Notes under the pieces: model-generated | What the model was told of the DNA's origin: nothing | What the model saw: the letters and a program-made list of their open reading frames with translations, nothing else | The model's database searches: none | Part shown: in pieces, positions 22,501 to 31,591 of the stretch | Position numbering within the stretch: the stretch's first letter is position 1 | How the letters are laid out: each line of letters opens with the position of its first letter | Translations under genes and position numbers: made by a program | From: Candidatus Eiseniibacteriota bacterium | GTDB lineage: Bacteria; Eisenbacteria; RBG-16-71-46; JABDJR01 | Direction of reading: 5' to 3' | Assembly: GCA_963783375.1 (NCBI GenBank) | Contig: CAWANH010000028.1 | Coordinates: forward strand, 32,001-96,000 | Length of the DNA: 64,000 nt

Positions 22501-22666
22501 TCAGGAGCGCCCCCATGGCCGAAGGTTCGGGGCGCTCGCGGTTCGACTTGTCCGGAGCCACCGCGGTGGCGGGCAGGCTCAGGATCAGAACCAGGGCGAG
22601 GACGGAAGCGAGCACCGAGAATCGAAATCGAAGCTTCCTATTGAATCGGGGGGGATGCGGGGACAT
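19562..22666 (-). CDS. large secreted protein: Asp-box (BNR) sialidase-like beta-propeller, Ig-like domains and a C-terminal FlgD-Ig/T9SS-like domain
   Basis: Signal peptide. Asp boxes SHDGGQTF, STDGGVTW, TDDFGLNW, SSDNGATW, SADSGQTW, SEDGGATW. C-terminus PNP...IYDMAGRRVR...WDGRDDRG..LGNGIYFVR. Confidence 0.85.
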   Translation of the reverse strand: MSPHPPRFNRKLRFRFSVLASVLALVLILSLPATAVAPDKSNRERPEPSAMGALLMGRTPRPDWIRSLTRPTPLQVLVGPEIGLSPVNVGGADVDVTPGVARFQSETSIAASGDTVVVGFNDALGFSNPGGISVTGFAWSHDGGQTFTYGGQLPVAGGGDAVYGDPDVKVWVNPNDGSKVFVFSSIYLTPSGLNSLCIHISTDGGVTWTGPRAAAPVNSSSLFADKEFIDVDPETGRVLLSWTSFGSTSKMSATYTDDFGLNWAPVTAYGTRPQDGQGSCPRFDPLSDKAYIVWRSFGSPNAISFVRSSDNGATWSAPVDVVTGVNTPLPPFGSDRINGFPALSVSPADGSLHVIYASMETADFGDVYTVASADSGQTWTSPLALNTDPGNDRCQFFPWISTATDGGVDATWYDQRAGSAGSDLTEIMHSHSEDGGATWACPAPLTAAPFHAEYGQDTGAPNIGDYSQCVSQVVSGTRRLYASYARTDGASYTTDWPDAYVAVNDAEPTQASVLLTGTAVNDIGCNPDGFLTANELGELTLTLQNRCAGTLTGVSAVLSTGNPLVAVLDGTESWPSTAPLASGANTAPFRIRLDPGYPCGAAIDFHLAGTTDQGDFAFDFSVPTGTVVADSVLLSEDFEGTTSGLPAAWTWTQRKGVANPWAVSTAQAASGIRSAFCVDRPDTNWSRMQTPSYVVPGGADLVEVSFNVTYDNEEVGNGREGYDGALMKIRVGGSDVLAGAFSTLFEGQYRTQIVRSSGTLANPLQNLSAWSGNTLPNFEHIRVQYPGLAGKTIAVAYEMGSDGSVGATGTYIDDIEIHAITLGCGACSALPQLAVDPASITFNTVAAGSTECGAVTVRNAGDGFLVINSISGCDAGQFSLDLTGLSNEVFPGDSTSFQVCVTGNMLGPDSCSVAIDTNAGADTVAVSLLQVTAVTDGPAGGTALRLLPMAPNPIGASGEIRFSLPAEGPVEVAIYDMAGRRVRAFIRGESLSAGSHMITWDGRDDRGAVLGNGIYFVRVQAAGAVRTAKAVLMR

Positions 22667-22706
22667 GGGTGCGAGACCTCCTTCGGGGCCCGGCCGGGGC
22701 CGGGTA

Positions 22707-23738
22707 TCACTTGCGTCGATGGGAGCCGGAGTACGCCTTCTCTCCCGCCCGAACCGGAACCGGCAGCACGTTTCCTTCGGGCGGGAGAGGGCAGGTGGTG
22801 TACGGGTTGAAAGCGCAGGGCGGGTTGTAGGCAGCGTTGAAGTCGAGCGAGACCCGGTCGTCGGGCCTTCGTTCGGCGGAAAGAAACCGTCCCCCGCCGT
22901 AGGTCTCTCCGCCGCTGGTGGCGTCCTGGAAGATGAAGAAGAGGTCCCGGGGAGAGCCGGGGTCCTCGACGATCGGGTAGAGGGTGAGGGTCTTCCCGGC
23001 GAGCCGGAACTTCACCGGCCCCGGGCAGTCGACGGAGTCGGTGACCCCGATGACGTCGTCGATCGCGATCTTCCGCGGGGTCGGATAGGGGTCGAGAACA
23101 CCGGTGACCCGGTAGGCGGGATCGACGGGGTAGAAGTCCACCCCGGTGAAATCCCGAAGGATCGGAGAGCGGGGGTCGCGCATGCGGATGGCGGTCCGAT
23201 CCCCCCGCCGGATGACCCAGAGCTTCACCCGCCCCACGCTGAGCCGGTCGGGAGCACCGGTATCGTCGGCGGCCAGGACGCGCTCGGTGACCGGCGCGCC
23301 ATCCAGAAGCACCGCGGCGCCCGGCGCGACCTTCACCGTCACTCTCGGTCCGTCGGGGCCCTTTTCCAGAACGAAGGTTCCGGCCTCGGCGGGCCCGACG
23401 CCTTCGGGAAGGGTGACCGGGTTCCCGGGATCGCTCCCGAACGCGTTCGGTCCCGGCTCCAGGAAAAAGAGCCCGGCCACGGCGAGCCAGCCCTCCGGAG
23501 AGCGAAGGCGCTCCTCCCGCCGGGCCCTGAGGACGGCCATGGAGTCGGCGTAGGTCGCTTCGGTCGCGGGCGTCTCCGCCCGGACCTCCGCTTCGCCCGC
23601 CGAGGCCTCGGCGCGGGGAGCGAGAGCCCTCAGGGACGCCGCCGCGGCCAGAACCCCCAGGAACCCGACCAGAAGGGCCCGTGGACGGAGTTTGCCCCAG
23701 GCAGGAGCGGACCGAGGGGGGGGGAACCGCAGGGTCAT
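22707..23738 (-). CDS. DUF1684 domain-containing exported protein
   Basis: LRSPEGWLAVAGL, FQDATSGGETYGGGRFL, LDFNAAYNPPCAFNPYTTCPLPP. TATACT lies 6 nt before the ATG at 23738. Confidence 0.9.
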   Translation of the reverse strand: MTLRFPPPRSAPAWGKLRPRALLVGFLGVLAAAASLRALAPRAEASAGEAEVRAETPATEATYADSMAVLRARREERLRSPEGWLAVAGLFFLEPGPNAFGSDPGNPVTLPEGVGPAEAGTFVLEKGPDGPRVTVKVAPGAAVLLDGAPVTERVLAADDTGAPDRLSVGRVKLWVIRRGDRTAIRMRDPRSPILRDFTGVDFYPVDPAYRVTGVLDPYPTPRKIAIDDVIGVTDSVDCPGPVKFRLAGKTLTLYPIVEDPGSPRDLFFIFQDATSGGETYGGGRFLSAERRPDDRVSLDFNAAYNPPCAFNPYTTCPLPPEGNVLPVPVRAGEKAYSGSHRRK

Positions 23739-23817
23739 TGGTAAAGTATACCGCATGTGCCGCCCCGGGTCCCGCCGGGGTTATCCTCTGATGGGCTCGA
23801 ATCGGGAGGTAACTATC

Positions 23818-24090
23818 ATGGGCTGTGGTTGTCTGTTGCTCGTCGTGGGGATGGCGTTTCCCCGATTTACCATCCTCCTGCTCTGGATCTTCACCCATTG
23901 GTTCCGGGGGATGTTCGACAACTGGCTGATCCCCGTCCTGGGATTCCTGCTTCTTCCCTACACGTTTCTCTGGTACAGCGTCGTCCTGCACGTCTTCGGC
24001 GGGGTCTGGGGGTTCTGGCCGGTGCTCATCCTCATCGTGGCCGTGATTGCCGACCTCACCTCCTACGGCGGGGCTCGAAGGAAGCGGTGA
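23818..24090 (+). CDS. small membrane protein (3 TM)
   Basis: RBS GGAGGT; MGCGCLLLVVGMAFPRFTILLLWIF...GFLLLPYT...ADL; hydrophobic throughout. Confidence 0.8.
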   Translation: MGCGCLLLVVGMAFPRFTILLLWIFTHWFRGMFDNWLIPVLGFLLLPYTFLWYSVVLHVFGGVWGFWPVLILIVAVIADLTSYGGARRKR

Positions 24091-24362
24091 TCCCCGCTCG
24101 TCGGGTGGGCCGACCCGCCGGGGGCGGGTCGCGCGCCCGGGTAGATGAACGGGCGCCGCCGGGCGGACCAAGGCCTCGGGTACCGGTGGTCGTTCCCCCG
24201 AAGGGCCCGCCTTGCGGTCCCTTCCGGCCTCCCGGTATCCCCTGAACCTCCTCCTTGTTCCCGGCGGCGCCCAAAATTCGGAACGCCACACTCCGATCGG
24301 CGCGCTGCGGACTCGGGTGCGGAGGAGGCCGCATCCCGAGAGCGTGGACTCCAGAGCCCGCG

Positions 24363-24537
24363 CCGTGACCGGGGCGGTCGTGATGAAGCCCTGAAGAACA
24401 TGTCAATCTGATTGCGGCGGGTCAGGAGAATCCGAGGAGAACCTTGGCGAGCTGTCCGGGCACGTTCATTCAACCTCTCCGGCGGTGAGACGACTCCGTA
24501 CCCCGGGGGGGAGCCGGGAGAACCCGCGGGTCACAGG
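24363..24537 (+). ncRNA. candidate structured ncRNA (~175 nt, ends pair; identity unknown, 6S-like size)
   Basis: Nested pairings found by eye: 24363-70/24529-37, 24378-82/24490-94, 24383-91/24458-69. Inner hairpins at 24408-25 and 24432-47. G-U pairs favour the + strand. Confidence 0.35.
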
Positions 24538-24672
24538 TCGCACGCCACTGCTATTCTCCAAGCGGGGCTTTCTACTTCTACGCTCGAACCCGATGAAAAT
24601 CAAGTCCCTTTTGAGCGCCCGAAGGGCCACCTTCTTTTCCGAACCGTCCGGTGTGCTACCTTTGTGCAACCT

Positions 24673-25074
24673 ATGAGCGATCGGGATCCTGATCTTCTCA
24701 GCCAGCGCCGGAAGGCGGAGTCGCTGGGCGTTCCCGGCACCCGCCGGCACATCTTCCTATGCTGCGACCAGACCGAGCCGAAGTGTTGCGAGCGCGAACG
24801 CTCCCTCGAGGCCTGGGCGTATCTGAAGAAGCGCCTCAAGGAGATGGGGCTCTCCGAGCAAGGCGGCATCTACCGGACCAAGGCCAACTGTCTGCGGATC
24901 TGCGAGGGAGGCCCCATCGCCCTGGTCTATCCCGAGGGCGCCTGGTACAACCACTGCGATCCTCCGGTTCTGGAACGGATCATTCAAGAGCACCTGATCG
25001 GTGGGCGGCCGGTGGAAGAGCACCTCATCATCCGGCACGCTCTCGATCCCGGCCCATCCCCCGATACGCCCTGA
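24673..25074 (+). CDS. thioredoxin-like [2Fe-2S] ferredoxin
   Basis: [15 protein letters not shown]...[25 protein letters not shown]...[12 protein letters not shown]. Confidence 0.92.
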   Translation: MSDRDPDLLSQRRKAESLGVPGTRRHIFLCCDQTEPKCCERERSLEAWAYLKKRLKEMGLSEQGGIYRTKANCLRICEGGPIALVYPEGAWYNHCDPPVLERIIQEHLIGGRPVEEHLIIRHALDPGPSPDTP

Positions 25075-25095
25075 ACGGGCGCCAAGGAAGCGGAC

Positions 25096-27162
25096 ATGGA
25101 GTCCAAGACCCCTCCCAAACTCCCGGTCAACGTCGTCGAACCCGCCCGGCTGAAGCCCGGGGTCTCCCTGGAAGACATCCCCGATGCCCCCGGGGCGGGC
25201 TCGTCCCCCGCCGGCGGCGACCGGATCATCCGGGGCCACGCGCTCATCTTCTGGGACCCCGACCGGCCCGAGTCGAAGCTCGACGCCATCGACACCGATC
25301 AGATCACCCCGGCCCGGGACTGCGTCTCCGAGAGCCTGGATTCCCTGGATGAAAAGTGGAAGGAGGGGGCGTTTCGCTACCTCATGCCCGACTTCCGGGA
25401 GCGGGTCCATCGCGGAGAGACCTTCGTGGTGGCCGGCGACCGGTTCGCGATCGGCTCCTCCCGGGAGATGAGTCCGGCCGGGCTCAAGGCGGTGGCCGAG
25501 GAGGTCGGTCTCTCCCTGGTGATCGTGTGCGGGAACAACATGGGGGACATCTTCCGCCGAAACGCGTTCAACCTGGGGCTCCAGGTAGTCCAGTCCCCGG
25601 AGGCGGTGGCCGACGCCCGGGACGGCGACACGTTCTCCTTCGACCCCGATACCCGGGTTCTCACCAACGAGACCCGGGAGCGGCAGTACCAGCCGCTCCC
25701 CCTCTCCCCCAAGGAAGACGAGATCCGCCGGACGGGGGGAATCTACGCGGTGGGCCGCCGGGAGTTCCGGGAGTCGGTGCGCAGGACCCCCCGGGTGGAA
25801 TGGCCGGATCCGGCGACCGCGGACCGCCTCACCGCCACCGAGCAGATCGTCTGGGCCCATCGGGTGGACAAGGAGGCCGAGGTGAAGCCGGGAGCCACGG
25901 TCAGGGTCTACGCCGACCTCCTCCCCGCCTCGGACGGGACCGCCCCGTTCGCCATCCACACCTTCAACACCATCACCGGGGGCGACACGATCTACCCCCG
26001 ACGGATCGCGGTGGCCAACGACCACTTCGTCTTTACCGGCCGCGAAGCCGACGACCACCAGACCGCGATCGGCCGGGAGTTCGCCCTCCGGCAGGAGATC
26101 GGAAGACCCTTCTACGCCACCCCCGGTGATGGGATCTTCCACTTCTACTTCCCCGAGCAGGGCCTGGTGGCGCCGGGCCAGTTCATCCCGGGGGCCGACT
26201 CCCACAGCCGGGCCTATGGGGCCTACGGGGCGGTGGGGATCGGGGTCGGCTCGACCACCCTGGGCTTCGGCTGGTCGACGGGCTATATCTACTTCACCCC
26301 CGCCCGCGCGCGCCGGGTCACCTTCGTGGGCAGGCTTCATCCCTGGGTGAGCGGCAAGGACATCGTGCTCACTCTCCTTCAGCGGTGGGGAGCCCGCCAG
26401 TCGGAAGGCATGTCGGTGGAGTTCGTGGACCGGGATCGCCAGCTTCCCGTGGCCTACCGGAACACCATCTGCAACATGATGGCCGAGGGCGAGGCCCAGA
26501 ACGGCATCTTCCCCGCCGACGAGACCACCCTCGAGTGGTACCGGAAGAAGGGGATGACCGATCTCCCCTACCCGCCGGTCGTTCCGGGGAAGAACGCGGT
26601 GTACGCGCTGGACGAGACCTTCGACCTGGCCGACGTCACGCCCATGATCGCCAAGCCCTTCAGCCCGGCCAACGCCTACCCGGCCGAGGAGGTCGCCCGG
26701 GAACGGATCACCTTCGACAAGGCCTACATCGGCTCCTGCACCAATGGGAGCTACGACGATCTCCTTCAGGCCGCCCTGGTGGTGCGCGCGGCCCGGGCGG
26801 GCGGCCACCGGAGGGTGGAGCGGGACCTCGTCATCTTCCCCGGGTCGGGAGGAGTCAAGCGGGCCATCGAAAACCCCGACCCGAGGCTCGACGGCGAGTC
26901 CATCGCCGACGTCTTCCGCTCGGTGGGGGGCCTCATCCGCGACTCCTGGTGCGGACCTTGCTTCGGCCAGGGTCCCGACGCCCTGAAACCCGGGGAGCGG
27001 GCCATCACCTCTTTCAACCGCAACTGGCAAAATCGGATGGGTTTGGGAGGAGAGGGCTACCTGGCCAGCCCGTCGGTGGTGGCCGCCTCGGCCCTGACCG
27101 GCTACATGGCGCCCCCCTCCGAACTGGATCTTCACTGGGACCCGCACGCCTTCGAGCCCTGA
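25096..27162 (+). CDS. aconitase-family hydro-lyase: N-terminal swivel (LeuD-like) fused to a LeuC/HacA-like large domain
   Basis: IDTDQITP, FAIGSSRE, IFRRNAFNLGL, then NDH, GIFH, GADSHS, CNMMAE, IGSCTNG, WCGPCFG, TSFNRNWQNRMG, YLASP. Confidence 0.9.
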   Translation: MESKTPPKLPVNVVEPARLKPGVSLEDIPDAPGAGSSPAGGDRIIRGHALIFWDPDRPESKLDAIDTDQITPARDCVSESLDSLDEKWKEGAFRYLMPDFRERVHRGETFVVAGDRFAIGSSREMSPAGLKAVAEEVGLSLVIVCGNNMGDIFRRNAFNLGLQVVQSPEAVADARDGDTFSFDPDTRVLTNETRERQYQPLPLSPKEDEIRRTGGIYAVGRREFRESVRRTPRVEWPDPATADRLTATEQIVWAHRVDKEAEVKPGATVRVYADLLPASDGTAPFAIHTFNTITGGDTIYPRRIAVANDHFVFTGREADDHQTAIGREFALRQEIGRPFYATPGDGIFHFYFPEQGLVAPGQFIPGADSHSRAYGAYGAVGIGVGSTTLGFGWSTGYIYFTPARARRVTFVGRLHPWVSGKDIVLTLLQRWGARQSEGMSVEFVDRDRQLPVAYRNTICNMMAEGEAQNGIFPADETTLEWYRKKGMTDLPYPPVVPGKNAVYALDETFDLADVTPMIAKPFSPANAYPAEEVARERITFDKAYIGSCTNGSYDDLLQAALVVRAARAGGHRRVERDLVIFPGSGGVKRAIENPDPRLDGESIADVFRSVGGLIRDSWCGPCFGQGPDALKPGERAITSFNRNWQNRMGLGGEGYLASPSVVAASALTGYMAPPSELDLHWDPHAFEP

Positions 27163-27330
27163 CCGGGAACCGCCCCCCACCGGCCGATCCCCGCGCGAAT
27201 CACCGGCGGACTCCGGCCCCCCCACCGCATTTTCCCGTAGAATGGCTTGAACGCTTCGGGACTCCCCCTCGTCCAACCCTTTGCAAGCCCCTCGGTCCGT
27301 TTGTGTGCCCGCCTCCAACCCCGGGAAGGT

Positions 27331-30000
27331 ATGCCCATGCGACGGATCAAGCTGTGCCCGGCCCGCGTCCCCGGCCATCCGGCCCTCCTCGCCGTCCTGA
27401 CCGCGGCGATCGTCGTCGGCCTCTGGGGGGCCGCCGCCGAGGCCGTCCAGGCCACCTTCGCCGGCTTCATCCCCCAGCCGGCCTCGGACGGTCCCGCCGC
27501 CCAGGCCAACGGGCGCCTATCCCCGATCCCCACCATCGCCGCCCACCGGCTCGACTCCGGCGAGGCGATCAAGGTGGACGGCCGCCTGGACGATGCGGGC
27601 TGGAAGCGCGCGGAGGCGGGCTCGGGGTTCACCGAATGGGAGCCCGACCGGGGGAAGATCCCCACCGAGGAGACGGTGTTCAAGGTGGCCTTCGACGAGT
27701 CCGCGGTCTACTTCGCGGTGGCCTGCCTGGAGGACGACCCGTCCAAGGTGTCCGCGGCCCTCTCCCGGCGCGACCAGATGACCAACACCGATCTGGTGAG
27801 CGTGTACATCGACCCCTATCACGACCGTTCCACCGGCTACAACTTCCGGGTGAATCCTCTGGGGGTACAGCAGGACGCCTACATGTTCGACGACGGAAAC
27901 CGGGATGACGACTGGGACGCGGTCTGGCAGGCCGAGACCTACCGGGACGCCAGCGGGTGGTACGCCGAAATACGCATCCCCTTCTCCTCCATTCGCTACC
28001 GTCAGGGGCAGGGCACGTGGGGGCTCCAGGTCTATCGCTACATGCACGGGCGGGGGGAGGACACCGCCTGGATCACCTGGGACCGGGAGAAGAGCGGGTT
28101 CGTGAGCCGGTTCGGAAGCCTCACCGGCCTCCGGGGCATCCCCGCGCCGAGGCAGCTCGAGATCCTCCCCTACGTGGTGCAGCGGAGCACCGATCCTTCG
28201 GCCCCGGCCGGCGAGGACGGGATCGACAACTTCGAGAACTTCGGCGCCGACGTCAAGTACGGGGTGACGTCGGATCTCACCCTGAACGCCACCTTCCAGC
28301 CCGACTTCGGCCAGGTCGAGGCGGACCCCGCGGTCCTGAACCTCTCCCCCTTCGAGACCTTCTACGACGAGAAGCGCCCGTTCTTCATCGAGGGGAGCCG
28401 CTTCTTCCAGATGCCGAACTTCAACCTCTTCTACTCCCGGCGTATCGGGACCGGCGGCTCCAGCTCCCGCATCCGCTACGCAACCAAGGTCACCGGGAAG
28501 ACCACGAACGACCTGTCGCTGGCGTTTCTGGCCGCCTCGACCGACGTCACCGGGCACGGCCAGGCCCACAATTTCCTGAAGGGCGGGAACCAGGTCTCGC
28601 GGTACTTCGTGGGCCGGATGGGCCGCGAGTTCAAGCAGGGGAAGTACCGGTTCAACCTCATGCAGACCGCGGTTCTGAACTCCGCCGACCGGGCGACCTA
28701 CGGCGACTTCGCCTCACGGGAGGCCTATACCAGCGGGGCCGATTTCGACCTCACCTTCCGCGACCGCAGGTACGAGATCCTGGGCTCCTTCGTGGGCTCG
28801 GCGGTGGATCCGGAGGCCCTTCCCTCTGACCCGGGCGTCGACGCCTCCCGCCGGTACGGAACCGGAGGGGAGCTGGACGTGGCCAAGCACGGGGGGACCT
28901 GGCAATGGAGCGCGTGGGGGCGATGGGAGAGCGACCGGCTGGAGCTCAACGACATCGGGTTCCTGAGCGCCCCCGACGAGATGAACACCGGGTTCTGGGT
29001 GGGGTACCGCTACAACCCCGACGGGAAGAGCGCGCGCCTGAATCAGGCCAATCTCAACTACAACTTCTACAAGAGCTGGCTCTACGGGGCGCGCACCGGC
29101 CGCGATCTGGCCGGCGGGGAACCGGTATGGTCCTACGGTCGCGGCCACCGGCAGTCCCTGGACACCAACATCAACGGGTGGGCCCAGTTCCGGAACTACC
29201 GGGAAGCCTGGTTCGGGGTGGAGCTGATGCCCGAGGGGACCCAGCGCTACGAGACCCGGAGCCGGGTGACCCTCGAGAACGGGGACGAGGTCTCGATCCC
29301 CGGCGGCGGCCCCCTCATGAGCGAGCCCACCACCTACGGCGGCTGGATCGGCGCCTCCACCGACACCCGCAAGGATCTGGTGCTGAACACGGAGTGGAGC
29401 CACTATCGCGACGTCGCGCGAAACCATTCCACCCACGGGAGCCTCAGCCTCAGGTGGAACGAGTCGAGCGCGGTGAACCACGAGATCGGTCTGGGGGCGA
29501 GCTACCGGGTGGACGATACCCAGCATATCGGGAACTTCGAGAACCCCGGCGGGGGCATCGGCGGGGTGAGCTACGTGTTCGGGAAGATCCGGCAGAAAAC
29601 GGTGGATCTCACCCTGCGCACCAACCTTCTCTTCAGCCGGAACCAATCCCTGGGGCTTTATGCCCAGCCCTACATCAGCGTGGGCAACTTCACCGACGCC
29701 AAGGAGCTGGCTCGTCCCGACTCCTACGACTTCCTTCCCTACGAACGGAACGGGCTCCGGGCGGCGGACTCGGACTTCATCTACACTTCGGTCAACGTGA
29801 ACGCGGTCTACCGGTGGGAGTATCGTTCGGGGAGCACCCTGTTCCTGGTCTGGACCCACAGCCGCTCCAGCTCGGAGGACCGAGGCTCCCACGCGGGCTC
29901 CCCGGGGTCCTTCCACAACGACCTCGGTACCGGCGCGCTCTTCCGGAACGAGCCCGAGAACACGGTCCTGGCCAAGGTTACCTACTGGATCCCCATCTAG
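27331..30000 (+). CDS. DUF5916 / CBM9-like domain outer-membrane protein
   Basis: Signal peptide, VDGRLDDAGW, WYAEIRIPFSSIRY, NATFQPDFGQVEADP...FYDEKRPFFIEG, LFYSRRIG; C-terminal aromatic beta-strand (KVTYWIPI). Confidence 0.88.
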   Translation: MPMRRIKLCPARVPGHPALLAVLTAAIVVGLWGAAAEAVQATFAGFIPQPASDGPAAQANGRLSPIPTIAAHRLDSGEAIKVDGRLDDAGWKRAEAGSGFTEWEPDRGKIPTEETVFKVAFDESAVYFAVACLEDDPSKVSAALSRRDQMTNTDLVSVYIDPYHDRSTGYNFRVNPLGVQQDAYMFDDGNRDDDWDAVWQAETYRDASGWYAEIRIPFSSIRYRQGQGTWGLQVYRYMHGRGEDTAWITWDREKSGFVSRFGSLTGLRGIPAPRQLEILPYVVQRSTDPSAPAGEDGIDNFENFGADVKYGVTSDLTLNATFQPDFGQVEADPAVLNLSPFETFYDEKRPFFIEGSRFFQMPNFNLFYSRRIGTGGSSSRIRYATKVTGKTTNDLSLAFLAASTDVTGHGQAHNFLKGGNQVSRYFVGRMGREFKQGKYRFNLMQTAVLNSADRATYGDFASREAYTSGADFDLTFRDRRYEILGSFVGSAVDPEALPSDPGVDASRRYGTGGELDVAKHGGTWQWSAWGRWESDRLELNDIGFLSAPDEMNTGFWVGYRYNPDGKSARLNQANLNYNFYKSWLYGARTGRDLAGGEPVWSYGRGHRQSLDTNINGWAQFRNYREAWFGVELMPEGTQRYETRSRVTLENGDEVSIPGGGPLMSEPTTYGGWIGASTDTRKDLVLNTEWSHYRDVARNHSTHGSLSLRWNESSAVNHEIGLGASYRVDDTQHIGNFENPGGGIGGVSYVFGKIRQKTVDLTLRTNLLFSRNQSLGLYAQPYISVGNFTDAKELARPDSYDFLPYERNGLRAADSDFIYTSVNVNAVYRWEYRSGSTLFLVWTHSRSSSEDRGSHAGSPGSFHNDLGTGALFRNEPENTVLAKVTYWIPI

Positions 30001-30116
30001 CGGGGGTTCATGGGGTTGCGGGTTTTCGGGGGGAGAATGTGCTAGACTGCCCTTGCCTTTTGACCCGGTCTTCAACGGTCGGCCGCGGGTCGGCCTCCAA
30101 TCCAGAGGAAAACCCG

Positions 30117-31328
30117 ATGACACGTATGAGAATGCTCCTGCCGCTCTTCGGGCTGGCCGTCGTGGCCGCCGCGATTCCCGCCGCGTCGAGCGCGGCGACC
30201 TCGAAGTACGCGAATTTCGACGAGGCCCTCGCCGCGGGGGGCGACCTGCAGAAACCCGTCCTGATCGACTTCTTCACCGAGTGGTGAGGCTCCTGTAAAG
30301 CGTTCGCCCGGGCGGCGGACTCCGACAGCAACATCCAGGATGCCTTGAGCGGGTTCGTGTTCCATCCCGTCGACGCCGAGAAGGGTGAGGGCGTGGAACT
30401 GGCCGAGAAGTACGGAATCATCGGCTACCCCACCTACGTCGTGGTCAACGCCGATGGAACCACCCTCGACCGGTGGGTCGGCTACGAGAAGAAGGCGTGG
30501 ATCGCCTCCGCGGACCAGGCCGTCGCCGATCCGACCACCATCGACGAGAAGATCGCGCGGTACCAGGCCCACCCCACCGCGGCCGACGCGGTCCGGCTCG
30601 CCGGCTACCACGACTCCAAGGGGGAGTATCCGGACGCGGTGAAGCTCTACCGCGCCGCCGCCCACCTCGATCCCTCCTCCGTCGACGCCTACCGGATGTC
30701 GATCTTCAAGTCGACGTTCTACGGGGTGCGGGAGGAGAATTTCTCCGTGGACGACCTCCGGGCCGCGGGGGACGCGGTGTTCGCGGAGAAGGAGCCCAAG
30801 CCGGGGGACCTCCTCGACGTGGCGATGCTCATGGGTCTCGCCGCTTCGGGCTCCGATGGGAAGCTCGACCCCATTCCCTACGTGAAGCGGGCGATCGAGG
30901 AGACGGATGGATCCACCGATCCCGGGGTGGTGAGAGCACGGACCCAACTTCTTCCCGACTACGCCCTCCACGTCCTGAAGGACTCAGAGAAGGCCGTGGC
31001 CTACGAGAAGGCGTCCATGCCGGAGAAGTGGACGGAGGATCCGGGCCTGCTCAACGGCTTCGCCTGGTGGTGCTTCGAGAACATGGTGAATCTCGAGGAG
31101 GCGGAGAACCTGGCCCGGAAGGCGGTCGACCTGGCCGCTCCGGGCCGGGAGAAGGCGATGATCCTCGACACCCTGGCGGAGATCTGCAACGCCCGGGGCG
31201 ACTGCGATCAGGCGCTCTCGCTCAGCCGGCAGGCGTCCCAGGAAGACCCCAAGAGCAAGCACTATCCGGCCCAGATCGAACGCTTCCAGAAACTGTCCGA
31301 GCAGAAAGCGAACGGAGAGGGACGCTGA
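30117..31328 (+). CDS. exported thioredoxin-fold + TPR protein with a UxxC active site (probable selenoprotein, Sec codon 30285-30287)
   Basis: RBS AGAGGA, signal peptide, KPVLIDFFTEW-TGA-GSCKAF in frame with ORF 30345..31328 (YGIIGYPTYVVV cis-Pro loop, TPR-like C-terminus). Downstream hairpin present. Confidence 0.88.
30285..30328 (+). promoter_or_regulatory. putative bacterial SECIS element
   Basis: UGA, then 14 nt, then stem GTTCGCC/GGCGGAC with loop CGGGC; lower stem CTGT/ACAG. Confidence 0.65.
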
Positions 31329-31444
31329 TCGGGGTCTGATCCGCCCGGCCGCAGGCTTCAGCGTTTCGCGACGAGTTGAACGGTCCGCTCAGGCGGGCCG
31401 TTCCTCTGTTTACGGGACGCGCCGGGATGGGGGAATATGTTGCG

Positions 31445-31591
31445 ATGATTCTGGGGTTCATTCTCACCGGGGCCGCTCTCCTCCTGATGCTGGTCACCGC
31501 GTTCCTGCAGATTCGCCGGGTGGACCGGACCATCGAGCGCGTGGACCGGGAGCTGGCCAAACGCCCGCCGGACCCGGAGTCCGGCTCGTGA
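31445..31591 (+). CDS. small single-TM protein coupled to the APC-USP transporter
   Basis: MILGFILTGAALLLMLVTAFLQIRR...; its stop overlaps the next GTG (GTGA). Confidence 0.5.
   Translation: MILGFILTGAALLLMLVTAFLQIRRVDRTIERVDRELAKRPPDPESGS

Noticed and set aside
24340-24560. SAM-I or cobalamin riboswitch
   Set aside because: Only isolated fragments (GATGAAGCCC; GAGCCGGGAGA; GCCACTG) are present, in the wrong order and without the core consensus.
28905-30287. 460-aa ORF ending ...DFFTEW
   Set aside because: Only the last 56 codons (from ATG 30117) are real, as the selenoprotein N-terminus. The rest is an off-frame shadow of the DUF5916 gene.
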